The notes under the pieces are model-generated. The model saw only the letters and a list, made by a program, of their open reading frames with translations, searched no databases and had not been told where the DNA came from. A stretch of 64,000 bases of DNA from the human T2T-CHM13v2.0 reference genome, Homo sapiens: assembly GCF_009914755.1 (NCBI RefSeq), contig NC_060927.1. The stretch is one strand, 5' to 3'. The position numbers and the translations under genes were made by a program. Below, piece after piece: positions 44,372 to 56,862 of this stretch (position 1 is its first letter; each line of letters opens with the position of its first letter).

Positions 44372-47300
44372 TAAAACTAAGCCACTAGATCTAGCCCACC
44401 CTCAAGGGAAGGTGATTACATAAGGGTCTGAATACCTGGAGTCAGGGGTCTTTGAAGGATCATCTTAGAGTGAGCCCATCACAGTCTGCAGTAGAATTCA
44501 GTACATATTGGTTGAATCAATGAGTTTAAGGAGCCAGTGCTTATAATTTGAGCTGAGGGCCCCTAGCTTTGTCCCCCTGTCACCTTTTTATATAACTATA
44601 AAGGGGTATTTAAGGTCATTTACGTCATTTTAACATTCTACATATGATACCTACATGATATTTACATGGTCTTCCCCCGTTCCTAATACTGCAAAATGAT
44701 AATCTTACCTACTCCTATGGAGGGATTCTTTTTCAAAAGAAGGATCAACCTGGCAACCTGTTTGATCCAATGTGCCTTGTCTCTTATATTTTTCATGCTG
44801 CATGCATGATGGGAATTTAAAGCCATCCCCACTCAGTGTTTTCTGGATTTCGAGCCTTTTGTAAATGGAGTGCCCCTGAGTAGCTTTTTGCTTCCAGGGA
44901 ATGAAAAAACAAGGGTGAGAGTTCACATCTAATGTGTTTTGGTTGAAGTCACTTGCTACATGTGAAAACAGTCGGCTCTGCCTTCTCCACTAAGCCTTTG
45001 ATATTGTTGGGGCTTTTCAGTGTATGGCGGGATTATTAACAAGGGAAAGTCAAAGTTGTCCAGCACTGCCACACAGAATCAGGAGAAACTTGTAGGCAAG
45101 TCACTGAACCTGAAATAAGCTCCTTTTGCCCCAGGCTTCCCCAGATCTCATACCTTTTTTTTTTTTTTTTTTTAAATTCAAACGTCATGACAATATCTGT
45201 GTGAAACAGTTTGCAACGTAGCTTAAGACTCTAGGTCATGCTTTGCAAAGCTGGAATTTCTGTTTTACCTCTCCAGTTCAGGAGCAGCCTGCACTTTGAG
45301 AAGATTGGCAGGGGTGGGACAGACAGGTTCTGGGACCCCGGCTTGAAATGCTGTAAAGCCTTTCCCAAAACCTTCTTGTCTCTGAAACACAGTGTATTAA
45401 AAAGACAGAAGGACAAAAATCACCATGCGGGCCCCCACGGGAGTACCATTTGCCAGGCACCCCAGCCATCCCACTTCCTCCCTCTCTTCTGCTCTGGCTT
45501 TGAAATGGCGTGTTGAGAGAATCCAAAGTTTGATCCTCATGAAAATGAGAAATTGCATGTATTGACAATCTGCAAGACTGCTCCTGGCAAAATCTGCCAT
45601 TTTGTACGGATTTGCTACCAGCCTTGCTGTCACCCTGCGGGGATTGGTTTTTCCAGTAATGCACTCCTCCAAGCCAAGTCTGACAATGAGATGGTAAATA
45701 CTCTGGTGGGTTGGGGAGGCAGGGGCAGGAGGCCAGAGAATGGTCAGTTTAAGTAGATCAAAAGCACAAAATTCATTTCCTCAAGTGGCCTTCTCTGACC
45801 ATGAATCTCAATTCTCTGGAGATGAATAACCTGTGAATTAACTAGTTTCCATTAATATTATGAATTAACAGTAAGTAAGCCATGTCCGTGCTCAAGCTGC
45901 GTTTGAAGTGGGGAGGGTGAATCCTATTAGCATTTATAATTGTGTTTCGTTTTCATATTAATCCCTTCCCAAGGCTGAGGAATTAGGAGTTTTCTCATCT
46001 GCCGATGGAAACCAGTCCTAGGAGTCTGTCCCTGTCAAATCCTGGAAAATAGATGATGATACAGGGCCATACCTTTTGCTTCAGTCAGGGGCACTTCTGT
46101 GAGAGGCCTCGGTGACATTTTGCTTATCTGTTAGATTAGGCTTAATGTATGATCCTGGAATTTAGTAGTTGCATTTAAAGCAATTCTCTAGACCAGGAAT
46201 CCACACTTGGTTACTCATCTTTATCGGGATTTCATGAAAAGTCCTACAGGTTTACAGAGCTCCTTTTTCCTTTGCCATTCATCACTCTCAATTGTGTCTC
46301 TGTATTCCTCTCCGACTTATTTCATGGCAGTTTGGGATGCCACATGTGCCAACATCTCTGATTCTGCTTTTTGTAATATCACATTGCAGCAGTGATAAGA
46401 GACACTAGAAAATGATGTTGGAATGTCAAAAGGGAAAAACTACATTTCTATATCAGAAACTAAGACCATTGGCTATACAAGAAGGAAGGTAATATTTGTG
46501 AAGACTAAAAAGAAAAGTCAGGAAAAGAAAATTGTTTTCAATATAGCTCAGTGGTTAGTGGTTTCATGCTAAAATTGTCTTCTTGAACATGGCCACATTT
46601 CCTAAATTATTGCCAAGTGTTTAACTTATTAATAAAGGAAGCCAGGCAGTGATCTCTTTCTGGGTAAGGGCTAACCAAAATGCAAGGATGCAAAATAACC
46701 ACATTATAAATGCTTTCTGACAGCAACGTGAACCAAAATCTAGTTAGTGGTCACTAGGATGTTGAAGTCAGAATGAAAGAAGCTACAGCATCCTTGCCAC
46801 GTGGCTCTTTAGGTAAGAGCCACGGAAGGAGGGGAGATTCAGATGTGAAATCAAACATCCTGAGAAGTGCTTGCCCTTGTCCTCATACAGCAAATTAGCT
46901 TCTGAATACACAGTTACCTGCTAACTGCTGGGGTGGGTGAATCCTCTTCTCTGCAATTCTGGAAGGCCATGTGGAGTCTCTGGTCCTGCCCTTTGTCACT
47001 TTCCTCTGCAGCCATGGTTAACGGTATAGCCATTCACCCTCAGCATGCATAAATCCTTTTTTCCCACAAGAGGATATCGGCTGGATGTGATGTTTATGGA
47101 ACTAAAGGAGCAGCTGGCGGTGTCGGATTCAAGGCAAGTAGGTTGTCTTGACCATCCTATTTAGCAGATGGCCAGGACTTGATAGAGCAAAAATTATTAG
47201 GATCCAAGTCAAGGGCCAAATGGCATGGGGGACAGTAGAAGTAAATGGCAGCACATATCTGAACGCAGGCACATGTCGTCTGATGGGGTCTCTGTGCTTC

Positions 47301-48841
47301 CTTTTCATTTTACTTCAAGCAAGAGTAAACACAGGCCCTCCTGTAGAGCCTCCAGGTAAACATATCTCTAGAGATTATTGATAGCTTGGCTACTAATTTG
47401 ATAATTGTGTGGATCCTTATGGTGGGCTATTAATTGAAAAGAAAATGTTACGAAGTTTAGATTTCATGAGCGTTTATGTGAATTTGGCCTTCAGTCCGAA
47501 CCTAGGTTTCATGGTTTTTCTGTATTGTCAGTATCTCTATATACTTTGGTTGTATCTAAAGACAACTGAAAAGCTTTAATTCAGAGCCCTTTTTCGAGTT
47601 TGTGTGCCATCTTTTTGAAGATGACTAATGCCACGAAAGCTGCTCTGAAGTGGAAGTGCCAGGAGCGAAGTTTTGCAATGAGAGTACGAACTCTGCAGGG
47701 AAAGGGGGTGTCTGTTTCTTCTAGTCCATTTTAAGCTCATTTGTGCAATTGCTGCCTTCTCCGTATTACTGCATAACTCCTTTGATCTTAAAGTGGAAGG
47801 AAGCAAATTTCAAGAGCCAGGATCACTTCTCATGTGGCTTTAAAAGGAACAGCATATTACAAAATTGAGTGGATGTCAAGTAAAACATAAATTTGGATCT
47901 TTTGAAATTTGAACTCAGGGAGATATTACTTTCAGAGCCAAGCACATTGACAAGCTCAGGGATAAATTGCATTTGTTTGTCATTCATTTAAATTCAAGTG
48001 TTAGGTCAACTTGTTGCCCGGTGTTATTGTCCTTTATTGGATGTGGCATTTGTACTCAGCATTATACTCTAAACTTTAAACGTTTAATCCTCATGACAAC
48101 ATTATGAGACTGTATCCCCATTTCACAGACAAGGACACTAAAGCTGAAAGCATCCATACCTGACTCAGAATTCCATATTTTCCCCATCCCTGGCCTCCTG
48201 CATCCTAGATGGAGAATAAAATGTAAACACAGGTTGCTAATACAGCCCTCTTCACTGTTGTCATATTTAAAAGCTGCCAAAATTGCTTAGCTTATGCCCA
48301 TGAATTTTTTTTTAAGTGGCAAATTGATTGAAACAGTGAGTGAAAGGGATTATTTCAGTTAGGGTTATGCCTGACTGGAACAAATCCACTTATTAGCATG
48401 CTCTTTGGATTCCCCACCCTGACTTTTGGAACCAAGACATAGACCAGAGAATGAGCTCAGTATTATTAGTAAGTTACTTTGACCAGCCAATAATCTCCAT
48501 TTTCTCTCCTTTTCTCCTCATTCATCTTCTCAACCCCAGCCATATTAACCACCAGTGAAGACGATGGGAGCTGAATGGATGTTGTAGAAGGCTTTGCATT
48601 TGTGCAGTTGTTTAGAATCTGGGGTCACGTTCCTGAGCTCAGATGAGGTGAAGTCTGAGTATCAGACATGGAGAAGCTGTAATCAGAAGTGACCAAAAAT
48701 TGAACCTGGGCTAGGTTGACTGGTTGTTTTCCTTTTGCATAGCCTACAAATATTATTGGTGTGTATCAGTCATGGAAGATTAGAAACACTTTCTTTGAGC
48801 CTTCACATTATCAGATAATACTAAATGCATTAAAAAGTTCC

Positions 48842-49228
48842 TGTCGTAGTCTTTTTTGTGCTGCTGTCACAGAATGCCACACTGGGTAATTTATAATGAA
48901 CAGAAATGTATTTGGTTAACGGTTCTGGAGGCTGAGAAGTCCAAGAGAATGGCCCTGACATCTGGCAAGGCTTTCTTGCTGCATTGTAACCATGGCAACG
49001 CGTATCACATGAACAAGAGAGAGAATGTGAGAGAGCAAGAGGGGGTTGCAAGGGGGCCAAACTCACTTTTATAACAAATTCCCTCTAGCAATAATGATGA
49101 TAATCTATTCATGAGGGCAGAACCCTCATGACCTAGTCACTTCTTAAAGGTCCTACTTCTCAACACTGTTGCACTGGGAATTAAGTTTCCAACACGTGAA
49201 ATGTTGGGGATACATTCAAACCATAGTG
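48842..49228 (-). mobile_element. MST/MLT1A-type MaLR solo LTR
   Basis: actgggtaatttataatgaacagaaatgtatt...gttctggaggctgagaagtccaag...catgagggcagaaccctcatgacc...acattcaaaccatag. Confidence 0.8.
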
Positions 49229-49499
49229 GTCCCCCTGACTATAAAATATTCCCTCTCATTCAGGATCCAAGATCAGAGTATCTGAGAAACATTGCCATGG
49301 TAGAGAAGGGATAACACCTTTTTGGAGGAGCACATGAGTTGATCAGGTGGCCAGCAAATGTTGTGTCTTGTGATGTGGAATATTACTGGGAAACTTTTAA
49401 GACAAACCGTAAGCCAGATATATTGTTTCAAAAAACTACTGGTATCATAGCCTGTTTCTCATTTTTTACCTTTGCATACAACTCATGGAAACTAATGGC

Positions 49500-49986
49500 T
49501 AAATTTTGCTGTGTACCAAATGATTCCAGTTAGTTAAAACAGATCGTTTTATGGGTCAGTAGGTTGGCTGGTCAGTTGTGGGTATGGCTAGTTCAGCCCA
49601 TCTCTGTGGACTGCAGATGGTTCCACTGAGGCTGGATGGTCTCAAATGGACTCACTCACCTGTCTGGTGATGGCAGGCCAGTGAGTCTAGAAGAACGTTA
49701 GCTAGGACTACCTATGTCTACTCCTTGTAGTCGCTCATCCTTTAATAGGCTAACTTGGAATTCTTCATTTGATCTTAGGATTCCAAAGAATCTGAGTGTT
49801 TTATGAGCTTGTGTCTGCATCATGTTCACTAATTCTCCATTCACTAAAGCAAGACATATGGACAAGCCCAATTTCAAAGAATGGAATAATTGGTGTACAC
49901 TTTCCATAGAGGAGGGCAAAGTCAAGTTGTAAAGGCACATGTAACAGGGATAGAGGGAATTTGTGGCCATTTTGTCATTTCTCACA
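49500..49986 (-). mobile_element. Old MLT1-type LTR (approximate)
   Basis: ggactcactcacctgtctgg...catcatgttcactaattctccatt...gaatttgtggccattttg...caca. Confidence 0.55.
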
Positions 49987-50576
49987 GATATTAGAGTAAC
50001 TAACTACAGATAGTTAAGCTGGCATCCCCACCAGAATGAATCAAAGGGACCATCTTTTTGTCTATAGCTTCAATTTGGTATGGAATCATTCTCTGGGATC
50101 CTTATTTTATTCTATTCTGGCCTCTTGAAACTTGGCCACTTTTACTGGTTAGGTTCTCTTCTCTTGCATTCCTGAGCTGTAATTCCATTTTTGACCAGGT
50201 TTTAAAATTTTGATCAATTACTTGCTAAGGTACAAATACGATGTTTCTTCTAATGCAATTTTGATTTGGTGTATTCTGTGCAGTTACCTTTCAAGAATGT
50301 TTCACGCTTCAGTCCCTGGCTTGAGCTTCTTCTCAGGCAATTTGTAGGCACACTTATGCCAACTCCCAGAATTCCACCTTTATGGTCTGATACACTGGGT
50401 TCCTATTCACTGATTTTTTTTTTTATCTGTAATGTTTACAATGTAGTAGCAAATTCCACATATTTTATTAGTCTATAAACATAATCCTGTGTTTAGTAGC
50501 ACCTGTATTCTGAATTTACGCTCTAGACATTAAGATATAATCACTATTAACTCATAGAGCATCTAATGAGGGCTTC

Positions 50577-50802
50577 TGACCCTCAACCTCTGCACCACTG
50601 ACATCTTAGCCAGAAAAGATATTGTAGAGAGCTATTCTGAGCATTATAGGATGTTTAGCAGCAGCTCTGGCCTCTACCTTGATGTCAGTAGCCCCTCCCC
50701 TTCTCATCCCCCTCCCACTGCTATGTGACAACGAAAAACGTCTCCAGACATGGTCACATGTCCCTCTTGTAGGGCAATATCTCCCCCATTTGAGAACCAC
50801 TG
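50577..50802 (-). mobile_element. MER20 (hAT-Charlie)
   Basis: taggatgtttagcagc...tctccagacatgg...ttgagaaccactg. Confidence 0.8.
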
Positions 50803-52075
50803 CTCTCTTCTGGAGATGCTGAGGCTTAGGAGAGATGGAAGTGTGTGCAGTGTGTGTTATTGTCAGAGAGGACACACTAGGAACAGCAACCCAACAGGGA
50901 AAATTTGTAAGAGTAAAAAGGAATGTGGAAAATTTTCAGTCACCTTAAAATTAATTCTAGGGGTGGCTCTTGATTCCTCTGAATTGACCTGAAAACATCA
51001 AATTGGATTGTGCTACACAGTGAAAGGTTCATCAATATCTCAACTTCATTATGTGAGAAGTGGATTAGATATAAATACTATCAATGGGGGATGGGGGAAG
51101 CAGGAGCTATGCTGGCCGTAGATAATAGATTTTTGAAAAACTCTTTATTTTGGAAAAACTTAAATATACATAAAAGTAAAGAAAATTGTATAATGACCCA
51201 TCCTATACCCACCACCCAAGGTCATAAATGATTGATTCAAGCTAATCCTGTGGCATGTATACCCCGCTCACTCCCCCTGCTGTTCACTCTTGGATTATTT
51301 TGAAACAAATTCAAGACGTCATTTCATGTCATTTGTAAATATCTCTGTATGTCTAAAAGAAAATACTTGAAAGCCAAAATTGTAATATGCTGCTAGAATT
51401 TTAATCTTCTAGAATGGGCAAGAATGAGGAGTTCTGCTGAGTAGTATCAGAAAGTTAAGGGAAAGAAGAGGTGGGAAGAAGACTGAAGAGGCTTGACTTT
51501 TGAGGGGGATTAAAAACCCCAGGAGGAAATGAAGGTGGGAGACACTGTCTCTTCAAGCTTCTCTCCCCTCCTCTTCTGCTTTCCATAACTTTTAGAATAT
51601 GTGCTTTTTCACAGGGGACTGGGATCCTTACGAAGGAGAATAGGCTGGCAGAAAACAGATTCATTTTCTAAAAAGAAGGGAAAAACACAGTCACCAGAAG
51701 ATGTTGAAATTTTCCGTCAATGATGGATTGCTCTCTCATGACTTTCAATGACTTTTTAGCCGATTGGGCCTACTTTTAATAAAACAAGGCAAGAAGAAAA
51801 TCTTGCAGTTGCTTTTTAAGATTTTGCTAGGACTATAGTATTTCTCTCCTGTTACAATGTATTCTGAGAAGTTTCTTTCTTTTGATTTAAACTTCCTCAC
51901 TTGATTTTATGATGTCATAAATCTCCTGCATTTGGTGAGAGCCATGGTGTATGTGAGACCTAAGCAGCTTGCTAGATAACATTCTATTCTCCCCCTTCTC
52001 TTTAGAAGATTAAACTGAGACTGTTGTGCCTGATGCCAGAATAGATTTAACCAATCATGTTTCCTTTACATTTAG

Positions 52076-52142
52076 GTCAGTCCGAGGGACAATTCTGCAC
52101 TGGATCCTATTATCCACGGGTTGAAGGGTGTCGTACATCATG
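52076..52142 (+). CDS. PTPRG: Internal coding exon (67 nt, phase 0 in, phase 1 out) of receptor-type tyrosine-protein phosphatase gamma, carbonic-anhydrase-like domain; probably exon 6
   Basis: Acceptor tttcctttacatttag| and donor CATG|gtaagt. Translates GTC AGT CCG AGG GAC AAT...CAT CAT G = [22 protein letters not shown](E), which I recognise from PTPRG. Presence of ID2B, known to lie in PTPRG at 3p14.2, agrees. Confidence 0.95.
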
Positions 52143-53160
52143 GTAAGTATGCCACATACACTTCCTTTTGCTGGGATGTGAAGGGCTCAGATCTCTACCT
52201 AAAAGAATCAGGTTATCTTGCAGAGGACAGAGGGTGACACCTATTCCTCATCCCCTGATGTTGAAGGGCATTAGAGCCATTATATGATGGGTAAAGAGCA
52301 TGCCCATTTATTACCTGCAAATGGGTCTGTGTTAACAGTAAGCAGTTTGTTTCTTTTCAGGTACTAGTTTGAATGCATATGTTATAAATCAGAACACCTT
52401 AAGATGTACTATTCTTATGTGTTGAACTTGCCATTTGTTTCATATCTCTCCTAAAAATATTCTTTCAGTTGTCTTTTCACCTATAAATGTTTGGTTTGCA
52501 TCACAGATCTAGGGCAGCATTTTAAGTAGCCAGACAAGTTATTAAACTTTGCAGCATGTGAACAAGCGTCATGCAGCTACTAGAATGGAAAAGGCCAGGC
52601 TGCTGTTCTGTGCTGCAGATCTCTTATCCTCAGGCATAAAACCGGGAGAGAAAGTAAGATAAATGGGTTCTGTCTTTTCCAACTGGTTTTTATTGGAAGA
52701 ATTTCCCTGCAACTGTATTATCTGCACTGCATCATTACCTATGACATCAAGATCCTCTAATTTCAAAAGTACCCTTGTCGCAGTGAGGTGTGTAGTCGAG
52801 ATGTAATGTAATGATTTGCAAAGTTTTAATAATCTAATTAGAATTCCAGAGACGTTGACAGAAATAGCATTAGTAACCATAATAAATCTCCCCTTCATCT
52901 CCACAGCTGTGATAAAACATCTTCACACCTTTTTGAGAGGATTGTCTTTAGACATTAGCCAACTCCATAGAGCTTAACAAACATCTTCCCCCTCTCTTTC
53001 CGTGAAACTAAAACCAGTTGTCAGGGGTCAATTGGAGCAAGTAGGATTTTGGATTAATTGTTCCGTTCTCAAAATTGGTCAGTCATGCAGCAGGTAACAA
53101 TAGTAAACCTACTCAGTGTAGAAAAATAGGGTTACTGAAAACACCACATAGAGGCTTTCA

Positions 53161-53587
<427 letters not shown>

Positions 53588-54464
53588 TCAACATAGGAAT
53601 TTGCTTAGGGGACACAAACCTTCAGGCGACAGCAGAGGCTGCTACATATGGAAAAACGATATCTGGCTCTGGGAGGGTTGCCAAGATGCCCGGGGTGTGG
53701 TTTCAACCCTACCCTCTAAGTGGGAAGTCAGATGAGACCTGCAAAATACACTGACCTACAAAGGAAGTTCACTTATTCATTCAGCAGAAATATATTTCAT
53801 GCCCACGCTGTGCAAAGCCAGGTTTGGAACACTGATTAAGACACACACAGGCCAGCTCTCATGGACCTAGAAGGGAAGTGAAGTGCTGCCTTCCTCTCCC
53901 GCCAGTCTGCCTGGTATGCAGCCCCTCCCAGCTTGTGCATTTGCTGTTTCCTCTGTCGGGAGAGTTCTTCCTTCGCTTGTGCCAAGGGTGTCTCCTTCTT
54001 ATGCCTTCAGGTCTCAGCTCTTATCTTGCCTCCTTAGAAAGTTGTTTCTTAAGTATCCTATCAAATTATTCATCCCACCCTACTCCCATCACTCTCTGTT
54101 ACACCATCCCAGGTTTCTTTCTTCAAAGCACTTAAATGTATCTGAAATAACTGTGTTTGTGTTTTTGGTCATATATCAGCTTCTTGGGTATCAGTTTCCT
54201 GAGGGCAGAAAACCATGTTGATGTGGCACGCTGTGTCCAGCAAATAGTAGGTACTCAGTATGTTAGTCAAATGACTGAATCAAGTAAGCATACAAATAAA
54301 TAAGTGAAAATTTTCAAAATATGAAATGGGATGAAGGGAAGGAGGAACTAAAGCCCATGTGGGTATTGCCTTGATTGAGAAGAAAAAGGAGTAGGAGTAT
54401 GTCGTTCTTCCAAAAGGGAATGGAGGACATTAGAAATAGTTTTTTAAAAAAAACTTTTGTTGGA

Positions 54465-54777
54465 GGCCAGGGGCAGTGGCTCATGCCTATAATCCCAGAA
54501 CTTTGGGAGGCTGAGGTGGGTGAATCACTTGAGCCCAGGAGTTTGAGACCAGCCTGGGCAACATGGCAAAACCTTGTCTCTACAAAAAAATACAAAAATT
54601 AACTAGGCGTGATGGTACATGCCTGCAGTCCCAGCTACTTGGGAGGCTGAGGTGGGAGGATCACCTGAGCCCAGGAGATCGAGGCTGTAGTGAGCCATGA
54701 TCATGCCAGCCTCCAGCCTGGGTGACAGAGTGAGATTCTGTCTCAAAAAAAAAAAAAAAAGAAATAAAAATAAAAAA
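54465..54777 (+). mobile_element. AluJ
   Basis: TSD aaa(a/g)cttttgttgga. Confidence 0.88.
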
Positions 54778-55094
54778 GCTTTTGTTGGAACTAGAAGCAT
54801 TTCAGTTGAAAGTCCTGTGAGGGATTTGAATGATCTATTAATTTGAAGGAACATAAATAATCATGTCCTTCACAGTCTCTGGCTTGGGAACAATGACAGA
54901 GATGTGTAAAGAGAAAAATCAATATGGATTTCTGTTGCAGTTCAGAAATGACTTTTATTTCTTCAGCTCTGGGAATCATATATTAGAATGTTAATTTCTC
55001 ATTAATTTTTTTTTAAACAAGAAGCATCTTAAATGTTTCTTCAGCTGAAATGTGAAGGAATAACCTGCTCATATCAGCCAACTGTATTTGGCAG

Positions 55095-55550
55095 TTGGTC
55101 ATTAGGGTCCTCTCTTAAGCAGACGCCAAGGTGGAATTTGAAGTGCAAGAAAGATTTTTGGCAGGGAGGGTCTGCCTGGGAAGGATCAAATGGAGAAGGA
55201 CCAGGGGTTGGTGGGGAGAGCGTTTGGGCCACGCATAGTGCAGGTCTGACACCTCTGCAAGGAGAGAGGTGAGCTAGGAGGATTGGCTGAAGGCAGCTGT
55301 AAGGAAGTCTTTGCCAAGCTGTCAGAGAGCCCCAGAGCAAAGACTGCCCCTGAAAGGAGTCCTGTGTTGGCAGGAATGGCCCAGCTCTTGTTCCCCACCA
55401 TGTGTTGTCATTGGCTGGAGCGTCCCAGCAAGAATAGCCTGATTGTAGACGCTGGGCAGATCCTGGAGGTGCAGCTGCTGCAGGCTGTCAGTTCAACAAG
55501 CTCCTCACAGCAGCTTGTCTCTGAAAGGGGGATCTCAGGGGTGCACGCTT
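55095..55550 (-). mobile_element. LTR33-like ERVL LTR
   Basis: gggtcc...aagcagacgcc...tttgaagtgcaag...ggagtcctgtgttggcaggaatggcccagctct...gtcattggctggagc. Confidence 0.6.
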
Positions 55551-55958
55551 AAGAGTGGCACAGAGCTTCACGTCCCCTTCCAGAGGCACCTTCCTAATCA
55601 CACTCCCGTAGTGCTCAGAGATTCTTACAAACAGTCCTGGCTCATTCTGTCCGTAGTTACTGAGTGCCTAATCTCAGTACACCATGAAGCTAGGCATTGA
55701 GACATGGACCTGCCCTCACCATGTATGCATATGCTTGGTAGAGATGTACAATTAAGTATGTAATGACATTAAAGTGTGGGAAGCAGCACACTTAACTCAA
55801 ACTTTGGTGATTGGAGGTGGCTCAAACCAAGTGAACATTAAGACCCAAAGAGTGCATAGAGATTATCCAGACAGAGAAGGGATGCAGGCAGGACCAGTAT
55901 AGATGAAGGTGTCTGTTGGTAAGAGAGGATGTGGAGAATGGTGAGAATGTGGAGAATG

Positions 55959-56008
55959 GATGACCAGCTCAGTGGTTGGACTGAGAAGAAGCTCCAAAGC
56001 ATTTCCCA
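55959..56008 (+). mobile_element. Isolated 50-bp Hsmar1 transposase fragment, inverted copy of 57157-57206
   Basis: gatgaccagctcagtggttggactgagaagaagctccaaagcatttccca is the reverse complement of 57157-57206 at 49/50 positions. Confidence 0.9.
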
Positions 56009-56035
56009 GTGCTTTGAGGCTTGGAGAATGGTGAC

Positions 56036-56378
56036 TGATACGGTTTGGCTGTGTCCCACCTAAATCTCATCTTGAATTCCCACGTGTTGTGGGAGGGACC
56101 CAGTGGGAGGTAATTGAATCATGGGGGCAGGTCTTTCCTCTGCTGTTCTTGTGATAGTGAATAAGTCTCACAAGATCTGATAGTTTTAAAAAGGGGAGTT
56201 TCCCTGCACAAGCTGTCTTCTCTTGTCTGCCGCCATGTGAGACATGCCTTTCACCTTCCACCATGATTATGAGGCCTCCCCAGTCACGTGGAACTGTGAG
56301 TCCATTAAATCTCTTTCTTTTGTAAACTGCCCAGTCTTGGGCATGTCTTTATGTGCAGCGTGAAAACAGACTAATACA
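56036..56378 (+). mobile_element. THE1 (THE1A-like) MaLR solo LTR
   Basis: tgatacggtttggctgtgtcccacc ... gactaataca; 5-bp TSD gtgac/gtaac. Confidence 0.9.
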
Positions 56379-56862
56379 GTAACATTGCTTCTCTATTGCT
56401 TTTCTAGGGAGAGACACCCTAGAAACCTCTTGACCACATAAAGTGCTGTGTCTTACATGTTCATTTGTCTAGGCAAATTGTGACTTTTACTAACTCAAAA
56501 GCCATGAGGAAATATAAATAGAATGGAGTGAGGTGATTTGCCATTGATTCTGGTCCCATCTATCTACTCATGCAGTGATAGATGGAAGCACTAAAAGGTA
56601 TCTAATCAAGTATTTTATTTGCCCTATTATCAACATCCACTGGAGAAGAAAGACTTAGGGGAAAATTGTAAATCCTATTCACTGTATTGGTTCAGTCATT
56701 ACCAGCACTTTTTGTATACAAGAACCAGCAGTTGCAAGTGGCCATTTCTGATGAAAATACTGGTTGCTAAAACTTAGTCTAGTTCTGATGTGTTTAAAAT
56801 CCATTTTTTAAAAAAAAAATCCTGTTTGTGAATCGGTGTAAAAATATAGTCTTTCCTTCTAA

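Noticed and set aside
45145-45173. Orphan poly-T run (also 29430-29453, 63031-63046) as the tail of a hidden retrocopy
   Set aside because: No AATAAA at a suitable distance, no TSD, no recognisable RNA body.
52345-52367. ttcttttcag|gtact as a recursive splice site
   Set aside because: The donor half (gtacta) is a poor match; no supporting context.
56275-56288. PRDM9 hotspot motif position in THE1A (cctccccagtcac)
   Set aside because: Does not fit CCNCCNTNNCCNC (C at position 7, T at position 10), so not the recombination-hot variant.
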